Part shown: positions 1 to 18,292 of the stretch, in pieces | Position numbering within the stretch: the stretch's first letter is position 1 | How the letters are laid out: each line of letters begins with the position of its first letter | From: the human T2T-CHM13v2.0 reference genome, Homo sapiens | Length of the DNA: 64,000 nucleotides | Reading direction: 5' to 3' (one strand) | NCBI RefSeq assembly: GCF_009914755.1 | Contig: NC_060928.1 | Notes under the pieces: model-generated | What the model was told of the DNA's origin: nothing | Database searches by the model: none | What the model saw: only the letters and a program-made list of their open reading frames with translations | Translations under genes and position numbers: made by a program

Positions 1-112
1 GAGAGAGAACTCTTTTCAGATATGCCTCTCAAATTGAAAAACTACCTTATTATATACCCTACTAGCATGAAGAAAGGTCAGCATCTGGCAGAAAGACTCC
101 TTTTCCAAGAAT

Positions 113-1093
113 TCCGGGAGGGTGGGCAAGATGGCCGACTAGATGCAGGCGGGAAGTGCTGCTCCTACGGAGAGACAACGGTATTTCAACCAAATCAACA
201 TAATTTGAACAGATCTTTGGAGAGAAAATGCCAAATGTGGACGAAGAAAAGATACAGATGCTGAAGCTGAAGAAGGAGGAAGCTGGGAACCGCATGTGGA
301 GTGCCTGAATGCTAGGGTTGGGTTTGACTCCTGGGAAATGAGTCAGTGAAGGAACTGAGGGAATGCCTACTCTCACCATGGACCTCTGGCATCCTAGCTG
401 CAGGGGACCCCACAGTCCTCACAGATGTTTGAGCTGGTATAGGGGGATCTTCCTGGAGATTAAATGAAGACAGACATATAGCAGGCATGGAGCCAGGGAC
501 CTTTGTGCACAGGACAGCTCCAGCAGAGCCAGGCCGTAAGTGTCCATCCCCGGGGCTCTCCGTCTCCCTCTGAGAAGTTCTGGCCCCAGCTAACCACCAT
601 GGAGAAAGCAGTGCTGGCTTCCCTGTTGGACTAGGGCATGTGTGCCCTGCAAGCCCACCTGCCCGCCAGCCCCTCCCAGGGCTCCTGCTTGGCTGCCCCA
701 AAAGAGTGTGTACGCAGTGCAGCCTCTGCTGCCCAGCATGGGTGCTTTGCTCCAGCTGAGTGCATTCTGGCAGCTTGGGAGCCCTTTGGATTCCCCAGCA
801 CACCTGGAACTCAACTCCCTAGGTCTGAAGGAGGGGACCAAGAGTAGGTCCTATTCCCCCAGGTCTACCACCCTTGGTTTGGCAGTGTCAAGCCGAGATC
901 TATGCCCAGCGCTGGAAGTTGGAGAGGAGGAGGCCACACTCTCAGAAAACTGAGAGAGCTGAGTCACACAGGTTTGCGGGCTGGTTTGGGACCCAGGCGT
1001 GCCTCCCTCCACAGGCTGGTCTTGTAAGGGCGTGGCCTATCTCTCGGCCGGACCTCTGCCCAAGGGAGTCCCGCAGGCCCCAAAGAGCAAATA
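113..1093 (+). mobile_element. Old LINE-1 5'UTR fragment (L1PA13-16/L1PB-like)
   Basis: Begins GGGAGGGTGGGCAAGATGGCCGACTAGA, an L1-type 5' end with YY1 core, followed by GC-rich 5'UTR-like sequence. Confidence 0.55.
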
Positions 1094-1105
1094 AAAACAG
1101 TTGCA

Positions 1106-1416
1106 GCGGGCACGGTGGCTCACGCCTGTAATTCCAACACTTCGAGGCTAAGGCGGGCAGATCACCTGAGGTCAGGAGTTCAAGACCAGCCTGGCCAACA
1201 TGGCGAAACCCCGTCTCTACTAAAAATACAAAATAGTAGCCAGGTGTGGTGGTGCAGGCCTGTAATCCTAGCTACTCGGGAGGCTGAGGCACAAGAATCG
1301 CTTGAACTCAGGAGGCTGAGGTTGCAGTGAGCAGAGATTGCACCGAGCAGAGATTGCACCATTGCACTCCAGCCTGGGCAACAGAGCAAGACTCCTTCTC
1401 AAAAATGAAACAAAAC
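1106..1416 (+). mobile_element. Alu (AluS-like) with internal 16-bp tandem duplication
   Basis: Alu dimer; TSD AAAACAGTTGCA at 1094-1105 and 1417-1428; GAGCAGAGATTGCACC twice at ~1329-1360. Confidence 0.95.
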
Positions 1417-1434
1417 AAAACAGTTGCAATAGTT

Positions 1435-1690
1435 TTGTGTTTAAAAATGTGTGGCAACTTCTCCCTACTCTCTCTCTTGCTCCCACTCTTGCCATGTGAT
1501 AGATACATCAACTTCCCCTTTGCCTTTTGCCATGCTTGTAACTTCGCTAATGCCTCTCCAGGAGCCAAGCAGATCCTGGCACTATGCTTCCTGTACAGCC
1601 TGTGGAACTGTAAGCCTGTTAAACCTCTTTTCTTTATAACTTACCCAGGCTTAGGTGTTCTTAATAGCAGTGCAAGAATGACCTAACACA
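1435..1690 (+). mobile_element. MaLR LTR 3' part (MST-like)
   Basis: TATGCTTCCTGTACAGCCTG...TTAAACCTCTTTTCTTTATAA...CTAACACA is a typical MST LTR end. Confidence 0.75.
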
Positions 1691-3527
1691 AATTCTTTTT
1701 CTGGTGTTTAATATATTTTCTTATTGCTGGAGTCTGTTATTGCAGAATTATTGTGTTCCTATGAAGGTGACATGTTTCTTCCTTTTTCATGTTTGATATG
1801 TCCTTTTTTTTTTTTTTTTTTTTTGCATCTGGTGAAGGAGTCACCTCTTCCAATTTTATTTAGCAGGTTTTGTGGAGAAAGACGTATTCCTATAGGTGAC
1901 TCTTGATGTGTCAGCTGGGTGGAGTGCACTGGCTTTGGTTCTAGGTAGGCAAAGTAATATAGTATCTCTGTGCAGTTTCTTCAGCTATAAACCATACTGG
2001 TGATGTTTGCAAGTGTTTCAGTGACTATGCGCATTTGTGGAGGCAGTGTAGTACAGTTTGTCTACCAGTAGCAGGCCCACTGGGCTGTTTCTTAGGCTCT
2101 GGGCTCAGGCACATGATTACTTGGCCAGCCTGGGAGTGGGTCTATCAGGAATGGACTTCCAGGATGTTTCTCAGGTCCTGGGCACAGGTGCAGGGCTGCT
2201 GGGCAGTCCTAGGAGTGTGTCAGCTGGCAGCTGACCAGTGAGGGAGTGGTCAGCCCATGTCCACAAGTGAGTGAGTGGTCATGTGCCAGTGTCCAGAGCC
2301 TGAGAAACAGCATTGTGGGCCCATCCCTGGCACACACACCTCTAGGCTGGCTGAACAGCCATGTGCCCTAACCACAGGCCGGAGTAACAGCCCTGTGACC
2401 CCAACTCCAGTGAGCCAGAGCTCAAGTTTGCCAACCCATTGTATGCATAGGTTGTATGCAGGCCTGGGAGTGTATCGGCTGGGGGCGGACCAACTGAAGT
2501 GTTTCTCAGGTCTTGAGCACAGAAACATAGCCACTCTACTGGCCGGGAGTGGGGGGCATTTTAGCTGCTAGACAGCTTGGAGGCCACTCCTGCTTGAGGG
2601 AGGGTGCATGGCAGTTTGGCCAGCTGAAGGGCGGGTTTGCCATGGGCAGGTCTACCAGACTGTTTCTTTGGCTGGGACTACAGGTGCACACCACCATGCC
2701 CAGCTAATTTTTGTATTTTTTGTAGAGACAGAGTTTCACCGTGTTGCCCAGGCTGGTCTTAAACCCCTGAGCTCAAGCAATTTGCCCACCTCGACCTCCC
2801 AAAGTGCTGGGATTACAAGCGTAAGCCACCACATCCAACAGAGGTTGGTTTCCTGGCCATGCAGGACCAGAGCCACAGCCTGTCCTGGGCCCAGGCTCCA
2901 TGCAGCCAGGGTCACGTCGTTGCAGTCACCCATGTGGCTCTATACCACCATGTGGTCTTAGTGGAAGAGACACACAGCCTCATGGCTGGAGATGTTCAGC
3001 GGCTACTGGCTCCCAGAGCAAGGTGCACTCCAGAAGTGTCTCTGGTCTCAAGATGGCACCATACTGCAGCAGCTTAGGTCACAAGGGTTGAGAGTGAAGG
3101 CGGGAGTTGGGAGTGCACACTTTGTGCTCTTAATCTGGAGCAATGTAGCTGTATAAATTCCTAGCAGCTCCCTAAATTGGGCTCAGTGCTTGTGAAGACT
3201 ATGGGATCTCTTGTAGTAAGCACTGTAGGTGTTTGCAACAACAATGAGGGCTCATGAGGTTCTTCTGCTTACCTTCTTCCCACAAGGGAAGTCCCTCCTA
3301 CCTCTGGGCCAATCCAGCCTGGGAAGATGGAGCAGCAGAGATCGAGTGTCTCCATGCTGCCCTCCTGCGCTTTTTAATCACCACAGGCATCTGTTCACTT
3401 ACCTGTTGCACTCCAGCACTCTCCCTTTCAGACTCCTGTCAAATCGTAGCTGTTTATTCATTGCTGTGGTCCTTTCCTGGGGGATGGGGGTGGTGGCAAA
3501 TGCCACATGTCTCTAGTCACTCTCTTT
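1691..3527 (-). mobile_element. Old L1M 5'UTR/ORF1-start fragment
   Basis: Reverse-strand L1M-type ORF1 start at 1720-1800 and L1-like 5' end near 3500-3527; GC-rich UTR between; interrupted by an Alu fragment. Confidence 0.5.
2671..2839 (-). mobile_element. Partial Alu (AluJ-like, no tail)
   Basis: GCTGGGACTACAGG...CCCAAAGTGCTGGGATTACA antisense Alu left arm and linker. Confidence 0.9.
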
Positions 3528-3766
3528 ATTCCACTTAAAGACTACTTTTAAAGTTTGTTTGCATGATCACAACAGTAACATTAGAAAATGTTTGGAAAAT
3601 ACAGAAAAAAATAATAATTTCACCACACATACGTAATCTCTGTTAACAATTTGTTGTATTACACACACACATACATAGACACACACACATACAGTTGATA
3701 CATAGTTGGGATAATACAGAGTATATGGTTTTATTTTGTCTATTTCTACTTAAAAATGAAACACAG

Positions 3767-4059
3767 GCAGGACATGGTGGCTCACACCTGTAATCCCAGC
3801 AGCTTGGGAGGCCAAGGTGCACGAATTGCTTGAGCTCAGGAGTTTGAGACCAGCCTGGGCAACATGGTAAAATCTTGTCTCTACAAAAAGTACAAAAATT
3901 AGCCGGGTGTGATGGTGTGCACCTGTAGTCCCAGCTACTTGGGAGGCTGAGGTGGGAGGATCTCTTGAGCCTGGGAGTAAGCCACGATCATGCCACTGCA
4001 CTCTAGCCTGAGCAACAGAGCCAGACCCTGTCTCAAAAAAAAAAAAAAAAAAAAAAAAA
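3767..4059 (+). mobile_element. Alu (AluJ-like)
   Basis: Alu dimer with poly(A); GAAACACA on both flanks. Confidence 0.95.
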
Positions 4060-4879
4060 GAAACACAACTATCCCAAAGGAGTATACACAACCTTTCTAT
4101 GTGATCACTTTTGCAATAACATAATCTGTTTCAAGAAGTTCTTTGTAAATTCTAATAAGTAAGAATATACTTAACAATTCATCAAACTTTGAACTTTTAT
4201 TAAAGTTTTATTTTTATTAAAGTTTGTTAAAGCTAGAAAACCTTTTTACAAATAAGTTAGCCAGAGAATTTTTTACTCGTAATAAAGAATTCCTATGAAT
4301 TTGAGACCTATATTTTCTCTTCCTTTCTTAAAAGGGCACAAGGCAAGTGGTGTATTCCTGCCCTAATTTATGATAGTGACATGGCATAGAAGTTTAAACA
4401 TCTTTAATAACAACCTTACAAGTTTATTGAAAAAAAATTTAAAAATCAACTGGCTTAATGGAAATTAAAATGTCCTTAGCATGATATTTTGAAAATTCAT
4501 AACACTACGAATTTAGAACAGTAATTTTCTAAAAAGTAGAAAACACTACTTTTTGGAACAGTAATTTTTGTTCCAAAGATACCAAAGGTACCCAAAGATA
4601 CCTTTTCTGACATTTTGCTGAATATTCATTTTTCTATTAAAATGTTTAAAATAATAATCACACATTTGTCTCCTGAATTTTTAGCTAACCTTATGAAACT
4701 TTAAAAACCCTCTATGTAATTTAAAAACATTATTTTAATAACATATCTCTCATATAAATGTATCATAATTTAACTACTTGCCTATTACTCAATATTTTAC
4801 AATTCCAAGGTTTTTAGCAAAAGTGAACAGATTTGCACAGAAAGCTTTTTCTATATTTATGCTTATTTCTTTAGGTTAG

Positions 4880-5236
4880 TGTAATGGTCTTTTGATATGT
4901 CAACCTGGCTAGGCTACAGTCCCGTTATTCAAACACTAATCCAGGTGTTGCTGGAAAGCATTTTGTATTTGTGACTGTGAAGTCCATAATCAATGGACTT
5001 TGATAAGGAAAACTATCCTAGATAATCTGGTGGGCCTGACTGAATCAGTTGAAAGGCCTTAAAAGGCAGAGTTGAGGCTTCCCTGGAGAGGAAATTTCAC
5101 CTGTGGACAGCCTGCCCTACAGATTTTGGACTCGTATAGACAGTTTCCACAACCCATAAGCCAATTCCTTACAGTAAATCTCTTAATACATACCTCCCAT
5201 TGGTTCTGCTTCTTTGGTTGAACCCTGACTGATACA
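4880..5236 (+). mobile_element. ERVL solo LTR (MLT2-like)
   Basis: TGT...ATGTCAACCTGGCTAGGCTA...GAACCCTGACTGATACA; near-TSD GTTAG/GTTAT. Confidence 0.8.
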
Positions 5237-5671
5237 GTTATATTTTCAGAAGTATACACACTAGGTCAAAATGCTTACCCTATTAAAAAGGCCACAATAG
5301 TATTACTGTTGGGTTTTTGTTATAACTTTCTCCATGATGTTTAAAATATTTAGATGATGTCCTACTTGCCAACTGATTTCACATAGTCTAAAATTGAGCA
5401 AATTGCTAAAATCATGTTTGACTGAAGACCTGTTTTACAGCTAAGTTAAGAAAAATTACACTCAGAAGAAGCAAAATTGGTGGCATTTGTTCCATTTGTA
5501 TGCTAAACAAAGTATACCAAGACTTGGTCCAAATCCTTCCCCAAAAGTGTTGGCATTTGTGCAAATTGTCTCAACTAACACTTTATTTTCCAGGCAATCT
5601 AAAGACTTCTATGATACCATTCTCTTCTTGGATTGATTTTTTGAAAAGACTCAGCTCCATTCATAATGTAA

Positions 5672-6047
<376 letters not shown>

Positions 6048-7216
6048 AACAGACACAACCTTTTAAATGTTCCTTCCTTCCTTTTAAATAAATAAGACTC
6101 ATTTTGTCTTATATGATCCCTTATGGTTTATCGATTATTCTTTATAATCTCTTCAGATATTTTCTAATTTCATATATAAAGAATTATTTAAATGACTTTA
6201 GATTGACAAGAAAATGCTATAATAATTAAATAACAATTGCACACTGATGAAGCATATGTAAGCTGATATTTAAAATGTCACATGTATCATTCTTATTCTA
6301 GAAAATTTAACAGGATACTACCATCAGAGCAAGACCTAATCAGTTTACTGTCTTTCCACAGAGTGTACACAATTGGCTACATATTCAGGTCACATATGCT
6401 ACTGCATCTCTACTACACTACATAAGAACAACCACAGATTTGAGGACAAGGTTTTCAACAGTCTAACTATAAAACTGACCTCAAACAAAAGAATTGAACT
6501 ATTACAAGGTGACTTCTCTCTTCTAAGGTTAATGCTTCTGTGCATCCGAAATTATTATGAAATGAATAGGTTTCTCCATCTACATAAGATAATGAGAAAA
6601 ATTTTTAAATGACATGCCACAAGATGTTTTATAAATGTGATTCTTCCAGAGTCGCAACTTAGGTAGCCAACAGGAAGACACAGTTAAGGGAGTCTAAGTA
6701 TCTCACCACATTGGAAATGCCCATGTTGCCCACGAACAGCTATGTAACTGGGTGAGAAATTTAGACCTGAAATGCAAAATTGAGGTCAACAGAACTATAA
6801 TTACTTAAAACATGTCCACGCAAGGTAAAGTGGACATGTTTTAATGTTTGATATGCCAAAAGTCATGATCTGCAGACAACAGTAAATGTGCTGAATGAAT
6901 GAATCTTTTTTTATGCATAAAAATCCTCTGGATAAAAACAAAAAGAACTAAAGAAAAATATATAGGCATACCTTGAAGATATATGCCAGTTTGGTTCCAG
7001 ACCACCATAATAAAGCAAATATTGCAATAAAGTCAGTCACACAACTGTTTTGTTTCCTAGTGCATATAAGTTACCTTTATACTATTTTGTAGTCTATTAA
7101 GTGAGCAACAGAATTATGTCTAGAAAAACAATGCACATTCCTTAATTTTAAAATACTTTATTACTAAAAATTGCTAACAATCATCTGAACTTTAGCAAAT
7201 CATAATCTTCTTTCTA

Positions 7217-7719
<503 letters not shown>

Positions 7720-9152
7720 GACAACAATGAAGTTTGCTGTATGAATTGACACTGCCTTTCATGAAAGATTTTTCTATTACCAGTAATGATGTTTGATAGC
7801 ATTTTACCCACAATAGAACTTCTTTCAAAATTGTAGGCAATCCTCCTAAACCCTGTTGCCACATTATGAACTATGTTTATGAAATATTCTAAATCCTTTG
7901 CTGGCACTTCAACAATGTTCACAGCCTCTTTACCAGGAGTAAATTCCATCTCAATAAACTACTTTGACCCCCACATTCCCAGGGCTGAGCAAGAAGCTTA
8001 GTCTACTGTGCATTCCACAAACCAGCCCGTTGTCTGAGATAACAGAGAGCTTCTCCCAGTAAAAAAGGACCAGGTATATACCCAGCTTCATTGGCTGCAG
8101 CCAGCTCTTACCTATAAGCACCATCTACTGGCCTGTAGGTTGAACTGCACAGCCCAATATTAAAGCTGCCAAGAGAAGTGCATGAGGCTGCAAGGTCAAA
8201 AGACCCTATCCTGCATTCTCTACAGCCACACCCTTTAGGGAGGAAGGAGAAAGGGAAAAGGAAAGAACAAAAAGTATCATAGGGAAAGAAGAAAAAATTC
8301 TACCTGCACTAAAATAATTACAAAATTTTGAAGTGCCAGCTTATCCAGATGAGAAGGAACCAATGCAAGAATTCTGGCACCATTAAAAATCTGAATGCAG
8401 TGACACCACCAAAGAATCACACTAGCTCTCCAGCAATGGTCCCTGAACAAAATGGAAACTCAGAAATGACATATAAATAATTCAAAGCATGGATTGTAAG
8501 GAAGCTCAATGAGATTGAAGACAAGGTTGAAAACAACACAAATAAACTTCTAAAGCAATACAGGAAATGATGGAAGAAATAAACAGTTTCAAAAGAAATC
8601 AATCAGAGCTCTGGAGCTGCAAAACTCACTTAAGGAATTTCAAAATACAATTGATAGTTTTATTGATAGACTAGACCAAGCAGAAGAAAGAATTTCAGAG
8701 CTTGAAGACTGGTCTTTTTAACTAACCCAGTCATACAACTATAAATAAAAAAAGAACTTTAAAAAAAATGAACAAAGTCTTCAAGAAATATAGAATTATG
8801 TAAAGTGACAAAACCTACAAAGTATTGGCATTCCTGAGAGAAATAAAGGAAACAACCTGGAAAACACATTTGGGGGGAAAAATTCAAGAAAATTTCCTTA
8901 ACCTTGCTAGAGAGGTAGACGTTCAGATATAAACAATCCAGAGAATACACATAAGATACTTTACAAAAAGAACATCACCAAGGCATGCATTCACCAAATT
9001 GTCCAAAGTCAGTACTAAAGAAAAAGTCTTACAGGCAGCTAGAAAAAAAGGTCAGATCAGGTACAAAGGAAACCCCATCAGGCTAACAACAAACTTCTCA
9101 GTGGAAAGTTTACAAGCCAGGAGAGATTGAGGGCCTATTTTTAGCATTCTTA

Positions 9153-9790
<638 letters not shown>

Positions 9791-10046
9791 TTATATCTCA
9801 CCAAACTAAACTACTTAAGCAAAGGAGAAATAAAATATTTCCTAGAGAAGGAAAAACTAAGGAAATTTGTTACTACTATACCAGCCTTACAAGAGATCCT
9901 TGTGGGGGAGGAGCCAAGATGGCCGAATAGGAACAGCTCCGGTCTACAGCTACCAGCGTGAGCGATGCAGAAGACGGGTGATTTCTGCATTTCCATCTGA
10001 GGTACCGGGTTCATCTCACTACGGAGTGCCAGACAGTGGGTGCAGG

Positions 10047-10355
10047 TCAGTGGGTGTGCACACCGTGCGTGAGCCGAAGCAGGGCGAGGCATTGCCTCAC
10101 TTGGGAAGCGCAAGGGGTCAGGGAGTTCCCTTTCCAAGTCAAAGAAAGGGGTGACGGACAGCACCTGGAAAATCGGGTCACTCCCACCCGAATACTGCAC
10201 TTTTCTGACGGGCTTAAAAAACGGCGCACCACAAGATTATATCCCTCACCTGGCTCGGAGGGTCCTATGCCCACCGAGTCTTGCTGATTGCTAGCACAGC
10301 AGTCTGAGATCAAACTGCAAGGTGGCAGTGAGGCTGGGGGAGGGGCGCCCGCCAT
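10047..10355 (-). CDS. LINE-1 ORF0-like antisense ORF (102 aa), expression unknown
   Basis: MAGAPPPASLPPCSLISDCCASNQQDSVGIGPSEPG matches the primate L1 ORF0 N-terminus. Confidence 0.5.
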   Translation of the reverse strand: MAGAPPPASLPPCSLISDCCASNQQDSVGIGPSEPGEGYNLVVRRFLSPSEKCSIRVGVTRFSRCCPSPLSLTWKGNSLTPCASQVRQCLALLRLTHGVHTH

Positions 10356-10811
10356 TGCCCAGGCTTGATTAGGTAAACAAAGCAGCCGGGAAGCTCGAAC
10401 TGGGTGGAGCCCACCACAGCTCAAGGAGGCCTGCCTGCCTCTGTAGGCTCCACCTCTGGGGGCAGGGCATAGACAAACAAAAAGACAGCAGTAACTTCTG
10501 CAGACTTAAATGTCCATGTCTGACAGCTTTGAAGAGAGCAGTGGTTCTCCCAGCACGCAGCTGGAGATCTGAGAATGGGCAGACTGCCTCCTCAAGTGGG
10601 TCCCTGACCCCTGAACCCCCGAGCAGCCTAAATGGGAGGCACCCCCCAGCAGGGGCACACCGACACCTCACACGGCAGGGTATTCCAACAGACCTGCAGC
10701 TGAGGGTCCTGTCTGTTAGAAGGAAAACTAACAAACAGGAAGGACATCCACACAAAAAACCCATCTGTACATCACCATCATCAAAGACCAAAAGTAGATA
10801 AAACCACAAAG

Positions 10812-11828
10812 ATGGAGAAAAAACAGAACAGAAAAACTGGAAACTCTAAAAAGGAGAGCGCCTCTCCTCCTCCAAAGGAACGCAGTTCCTCACCAGCAAC
10901 GGAACAAAGCTGGATGGAGAATGACTTTGACGAGCTGAGAGAAGAAGGTTTCAGATGATCAAATTACTCTGAGCTACGGGAGGACATTCAAACCAAAGGA
11001 AAAGAAGTTGAAAACTTTGAAAAAAATTTAGAAGAATGTATAACTAGAATAACCAATACAGAGAAGTGCTTAAAGGAGCTCATGGAGCTGAAAACCAAGG
11101 CTCGAGAACTACGTGAAGAATGCAGAAGCCTCAGGAGCCGATGCGATCAACTGCAAGAAAGGGTATCAGCAATGGAAGATGAAATGAATGAAATGAAGCA
11201 AGAAGGGAAGTTTAGAGAAAACAGAATAAAAAGAAATGAGCAAAGCCTACAAGAAATATGGGACTATGTGAAAAGACCAAATCTACGTCTGATTGGTGTA
11301 CCTGAAAGTGATGGGGAGAATGGACCCAAGTTGGAAAACACTCTGCAGGATATTATCCAGGAGAACTTCCCCAATCTAGCAAGGCAGGCCAACGTTCAGA
11401 TTCAGGAAATACAGAGAACGCCACAAAGATACTCCTCGAGAAGAGCAACTCCAAGACACATAATTGTCAGATTCACCAAAGTTGAAATGAAGGAAAAAAT
11501 GTTAAGGGCAGCCAGAGAGAAAGGTCGGGTTACCCTCAAAGGGAAGCCCATCAGACTAACAGCGGATCTCTCAGCAGAAACCCTACAAGCCAGAAGAGAG
11601 TGGGGGCCAATATTCAACATTCTTAAAGAAAAGAATTTTCAACCCAGAATTTCATATCCAGCCAAACTAAGCTTCATAAGCGAAGGAGAAATAAAATACT
11701 TTACAGACAAGCAAATGCTGAGAGATTTTGTCACCACCAGGCCTGCCCTAAAAGAGCTCCTGAAGGAAGCGCTAAATATGGAAAGGAACAACCGGTACCA
11801 GCCGCTGCAAAATCATGCCAAAATGTAA
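10812..11828 (+). pseudogene. L1 ORF1p, disrupted by TGA at codon 49 (10956-10958)
   Basis: Downstream 248-aa ORF is near-consensus ORF1p (RPNLRLIGVPE, YPAKLSF). Confidence 0.93.
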
Positions 11829-11891
11829 AGACCATTGAGTCTAGGAAGAAACTGCATCAACTAACGAGCAAAATAACCAGCTAACATCATA

Positions 11892-15717
<3,826 letters not shown>

Positions 15718-15994
15718 ACAATGAGATCACATGGACACAGGAAGGGGAATATCACACTCTGGGGACTGTGGTGGGGTGGGGGGAGTGGGGAGGGATAGCA
15801 TTGGGAGATATACCTAATGCTAGATGATGAGTTAGTGGGTGCAGCACACCAGCATGGCACATGTATACATATGTAACTAACCTGCACAATGTGCACATGT
15901 ACCCTAAAACTTAGAGTATAATAAAAAAAAAAACATTTAAAAAAAATAATAATAAATAAATAAAAAAATAAAAGTGCTGAAAAAAAAAAGAAAA

Positions 15995-16598
15995 AAACAT
16001 ATGGAACAAGAATATAAAGAAAGAAAATATTTTCACAGCTGTACAATGCGTTTGTGTTTTAAGCTAAGTGTTATTACAAAAGAGATCATAAATTTAAAAA
16101 AATTTAAAAGCATATAAAGTAAAAAAAAAGTTACAGTAAGTGAAGGTTAATTCATTTTGAAGAAAGAAAAATATTTTTTATACATCTAGTGTAGCCAAAG
16201 GGTACAGTGTTTATAAAGTCCTCAGCCCTCACATTCACTCACCACTCTCTCAGTCTCACTCAGAACAACTCCCAGTCCTACAAGCTCCATTCATAGTGAA
16301 TGCCCTATACAGGTGTACCATTTTTACCTTTTATACCATATTTTTACTGTACCTTTTTTATGTTGACATACACAGTGGTTGTAATTGCCTAAAGTATTCA
16401 ATACAGGTATGTAGCCAAAGAGCAATAGACTATACCATATAGCCTAGGTATGTTGTAGACTATACCATATAGCCTAGGTATGTTGTAGGCTATACCATCT
16501 AGGTTTGTGAACATACACTCCATGATGTTCATGCAATGGTAAACTCACTTAGAGCATTGCTCAGAATGCATTCCCATTGTTAAGCAATACACAACTAT
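15995..16598 (+). mobile_element. Tigger3/Golem-like DNA transposon terminal fragment
   Basis: CAGCTGTACAATG..TTTTAAGCTAAGTGTTATTACAAAAGAG..TATACCATATAGCCTAGG; 30-bp local duplication at ~16428-16487. Confidence 0.8.
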
Positions 16599-16641
16599 AT
16601 TAAACTAAAATAACATTTAGATAAGAAAAACACAACGTAAG

Positions 16642-16945
16642 TGTCTTAGTCCATTCATACTGCTATAACAAATACCATCAACTGGATGGCTCATAAACAA
16701 CAGAGGTTTATTTCTCATAGTTCTGGAGGCTGGGAAGTTCAAGATCATGGTTCCAGCATGGCTGGGTTCTGGTAAGTGCCCTCTTCCAATTTCTCACTGT
16801 GTTATATGGTGGAGGGGGCAAGGCAGCTTTCTGGGGTCTCTTTTACAAGGGCACTCGTCCAATCACCTCTAAAAAGCTTCACCTCCTAATACCAGCACTT
16901 TGGTAACTAGGTTTCAACATATGAATTCTGAGGAGACACATTCAG
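16642..16945 (-). mobile_element. MaLR LTR (MLT1A-like)
   Basis: TGTCTTAGTCCATT..GCTATAACAAATACC..GTTCTGGAGGCTGGGAAG. Confidence 0.75.
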
Positions 16946-17313
16946 AGACCCTAGGAATAGGTCCATAGGAATATTTTATGAGCTATATTTACACTTGAAG
17001 GCAATTGTCATAGAACCTGGTATAATAAATAGGTAAAGTACCTTTAAACTCGTATTGTGAACTTTATTAAAGAGATATGATAAAGTCCTGAAGAAGCTAT
17101 TTAACTGAGATCAGAAAACTTGAGTCTTAATCACTGTTCTGCCACTAACCTGCTGTAAAACCTTGAGCAGTCATTCAACCTCTTTGTCATCTCATAAACT
17201 GAGGAAGTTTGGAAAAGGTGATTCTGTGTGATTCTGCCCAGTTTCAAAACACTATATAATCAACACTATACTTACAGTCTGAGGAAATGACTATTGAGAG
17301 TTATTGAATTTAA

Positions 17314-17635
<322 letters not shown>

Positions 17636-17855
17636 AGTCTCGCTTTTTAAAACATATTGTTGGTAATATTATGCCAAAATTGATGATCAGGCACATACCA
17701 AGCCCCTGAGAATTATATCATTCCAATACAAAACATAAGCTACTTTATAACAATCTATTTTATAATATGGTTTCCAGAAATGTGTTATGTTGAAAATCAA
17801 TCTTTAAAATCACCCCACATTATCAGAAAATAATTCAAAAAATATTTTATTTCTG

Positions 17856-18166
<311 letters not shown>

Positions 18167-18194
18167 TGAAAAAATAATACTATACACCACCTCT

Positions 18195-18292
18195 GTGGCC
18201 CAGCTACTCGTGAGGCTGAGGTGGGAGGATAACTAGAGCCCAGGAGTTGTGGTACAGCCTGGGCACCATAGCCAGATTGTCTCAAAAAAACA
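18195..18292 (+). mobile_element. Alu monomer fragment
   Basis: CCCAGCTACTCGTGAGGCTGAGGTGGGAGGAT...CAGCCTGGGCA...A-tail. Confidence 0.75.

Noticed and set aside
16078-16090. AAGAGATC match to the L1 left flank as a TSD
   Set aside because: Lies ~85 bp inside the Tigger3-like sequence, not adjacent to the poly(A) tail
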